Below, piece after piece: positions 63,833-64,000 of a stretch of 64,000 bases of DNA (positions within the stretch are counted from its first letter, which is position 1; every line of letters starts with the position of its first letter). The notes beneath the pieces were generated by a model, which saw nothing but the letters and a program-made list of their open reading frames with translations, had not been told where the DNA came from and made no database searches. A program made the position numbers and the translations under genes. The DNA is taken from contig CAWKDB010000010.1 of NCBI GenBank assembly GCA_963848295.1, positions 1,568,001-1,632,000 of the forward strand, given 5' to 3'. The stretch comes from an uncultured delta proteobacterium. GTDB lineage: Bacteria; Myxococcota_A; Polyangia; Haliangiales; Haliangiaceae.

Positions 63833-64000
63833 ATGGCGCGCGCCGCAGACCGGATCGCCGACAATGTCGCCGGCGACTTCTACGTCGATCGCTCGTGCAT
63901 CGACTGCGATCTATGCCGGCAACTCGCGCCCGAGAGCTTCGCGCGGAGCAACGCCGCCGCACAGTCGTACGTCGCGTGCCAACCGATCGACGATGCCGCG
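63833..64000 (+). CDS. N-terminus (partial) of a ferredoxin-domain protein, probably a ferredoxin-MBL-fold hydrolase fusion
   Basis: Not in the ORF track; MARAADRIADNVAGDFYVDRSCIDCDLCRQLAP (CxxCxxC); runs off the window end. Confidence 0.8.
   Translation, partial: MARAADRIADNVAGDFYVDRSCIDCDLCRQLAPESFARSNAAAQSYVACQPIDDAA

Overview
Very GC-rich, gene-dense 64 kb chromosomal window. It is probably from a myxobacterium (Myxococcota); this is inferred from Cys-rich DUF4215-type repeats, a Ser/Thr kinase-WD40 protein, many lipoproteins, many hybrid kinases and sigma54 activators. About 57 protein-coding genes are supportable. I found no rRNA, tRNA, CRISPR array, transposase or integrase. Four genes carry nine single-base indels, probably long-read or assembly errors. 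Most notable: (1) a 57-bp two-hairpin repeat with GTCGA direct repeats and covarying stems, sitting in-frame inside unrelated coding genes (4 full-length copies in 3 genes, plus remnants); (2) a split two-gene homolog of the eukaryotic ribosomal prolyl hydroxylase OGFOD1/Tpa1; (3) a 14-kb signalling/biosynthesis island with a receiver domain fused to a ThDP enzyme, a P450, a pair of divergent citrate-synthase-fold genes and several kinases; (4) a His-rich leader ORF ending in RGPP (candidate ribosome-arrest peptide) upstream of a sensor-less sigma54 activator; (5) pervasive near-leaderless promoters, including five or six sigma54 sites 13-14 nt from the start codon, one driving an XPB-DUF790(Bax1-like) operon. 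All family calls come from motif recognition by eye; no database searches were run.
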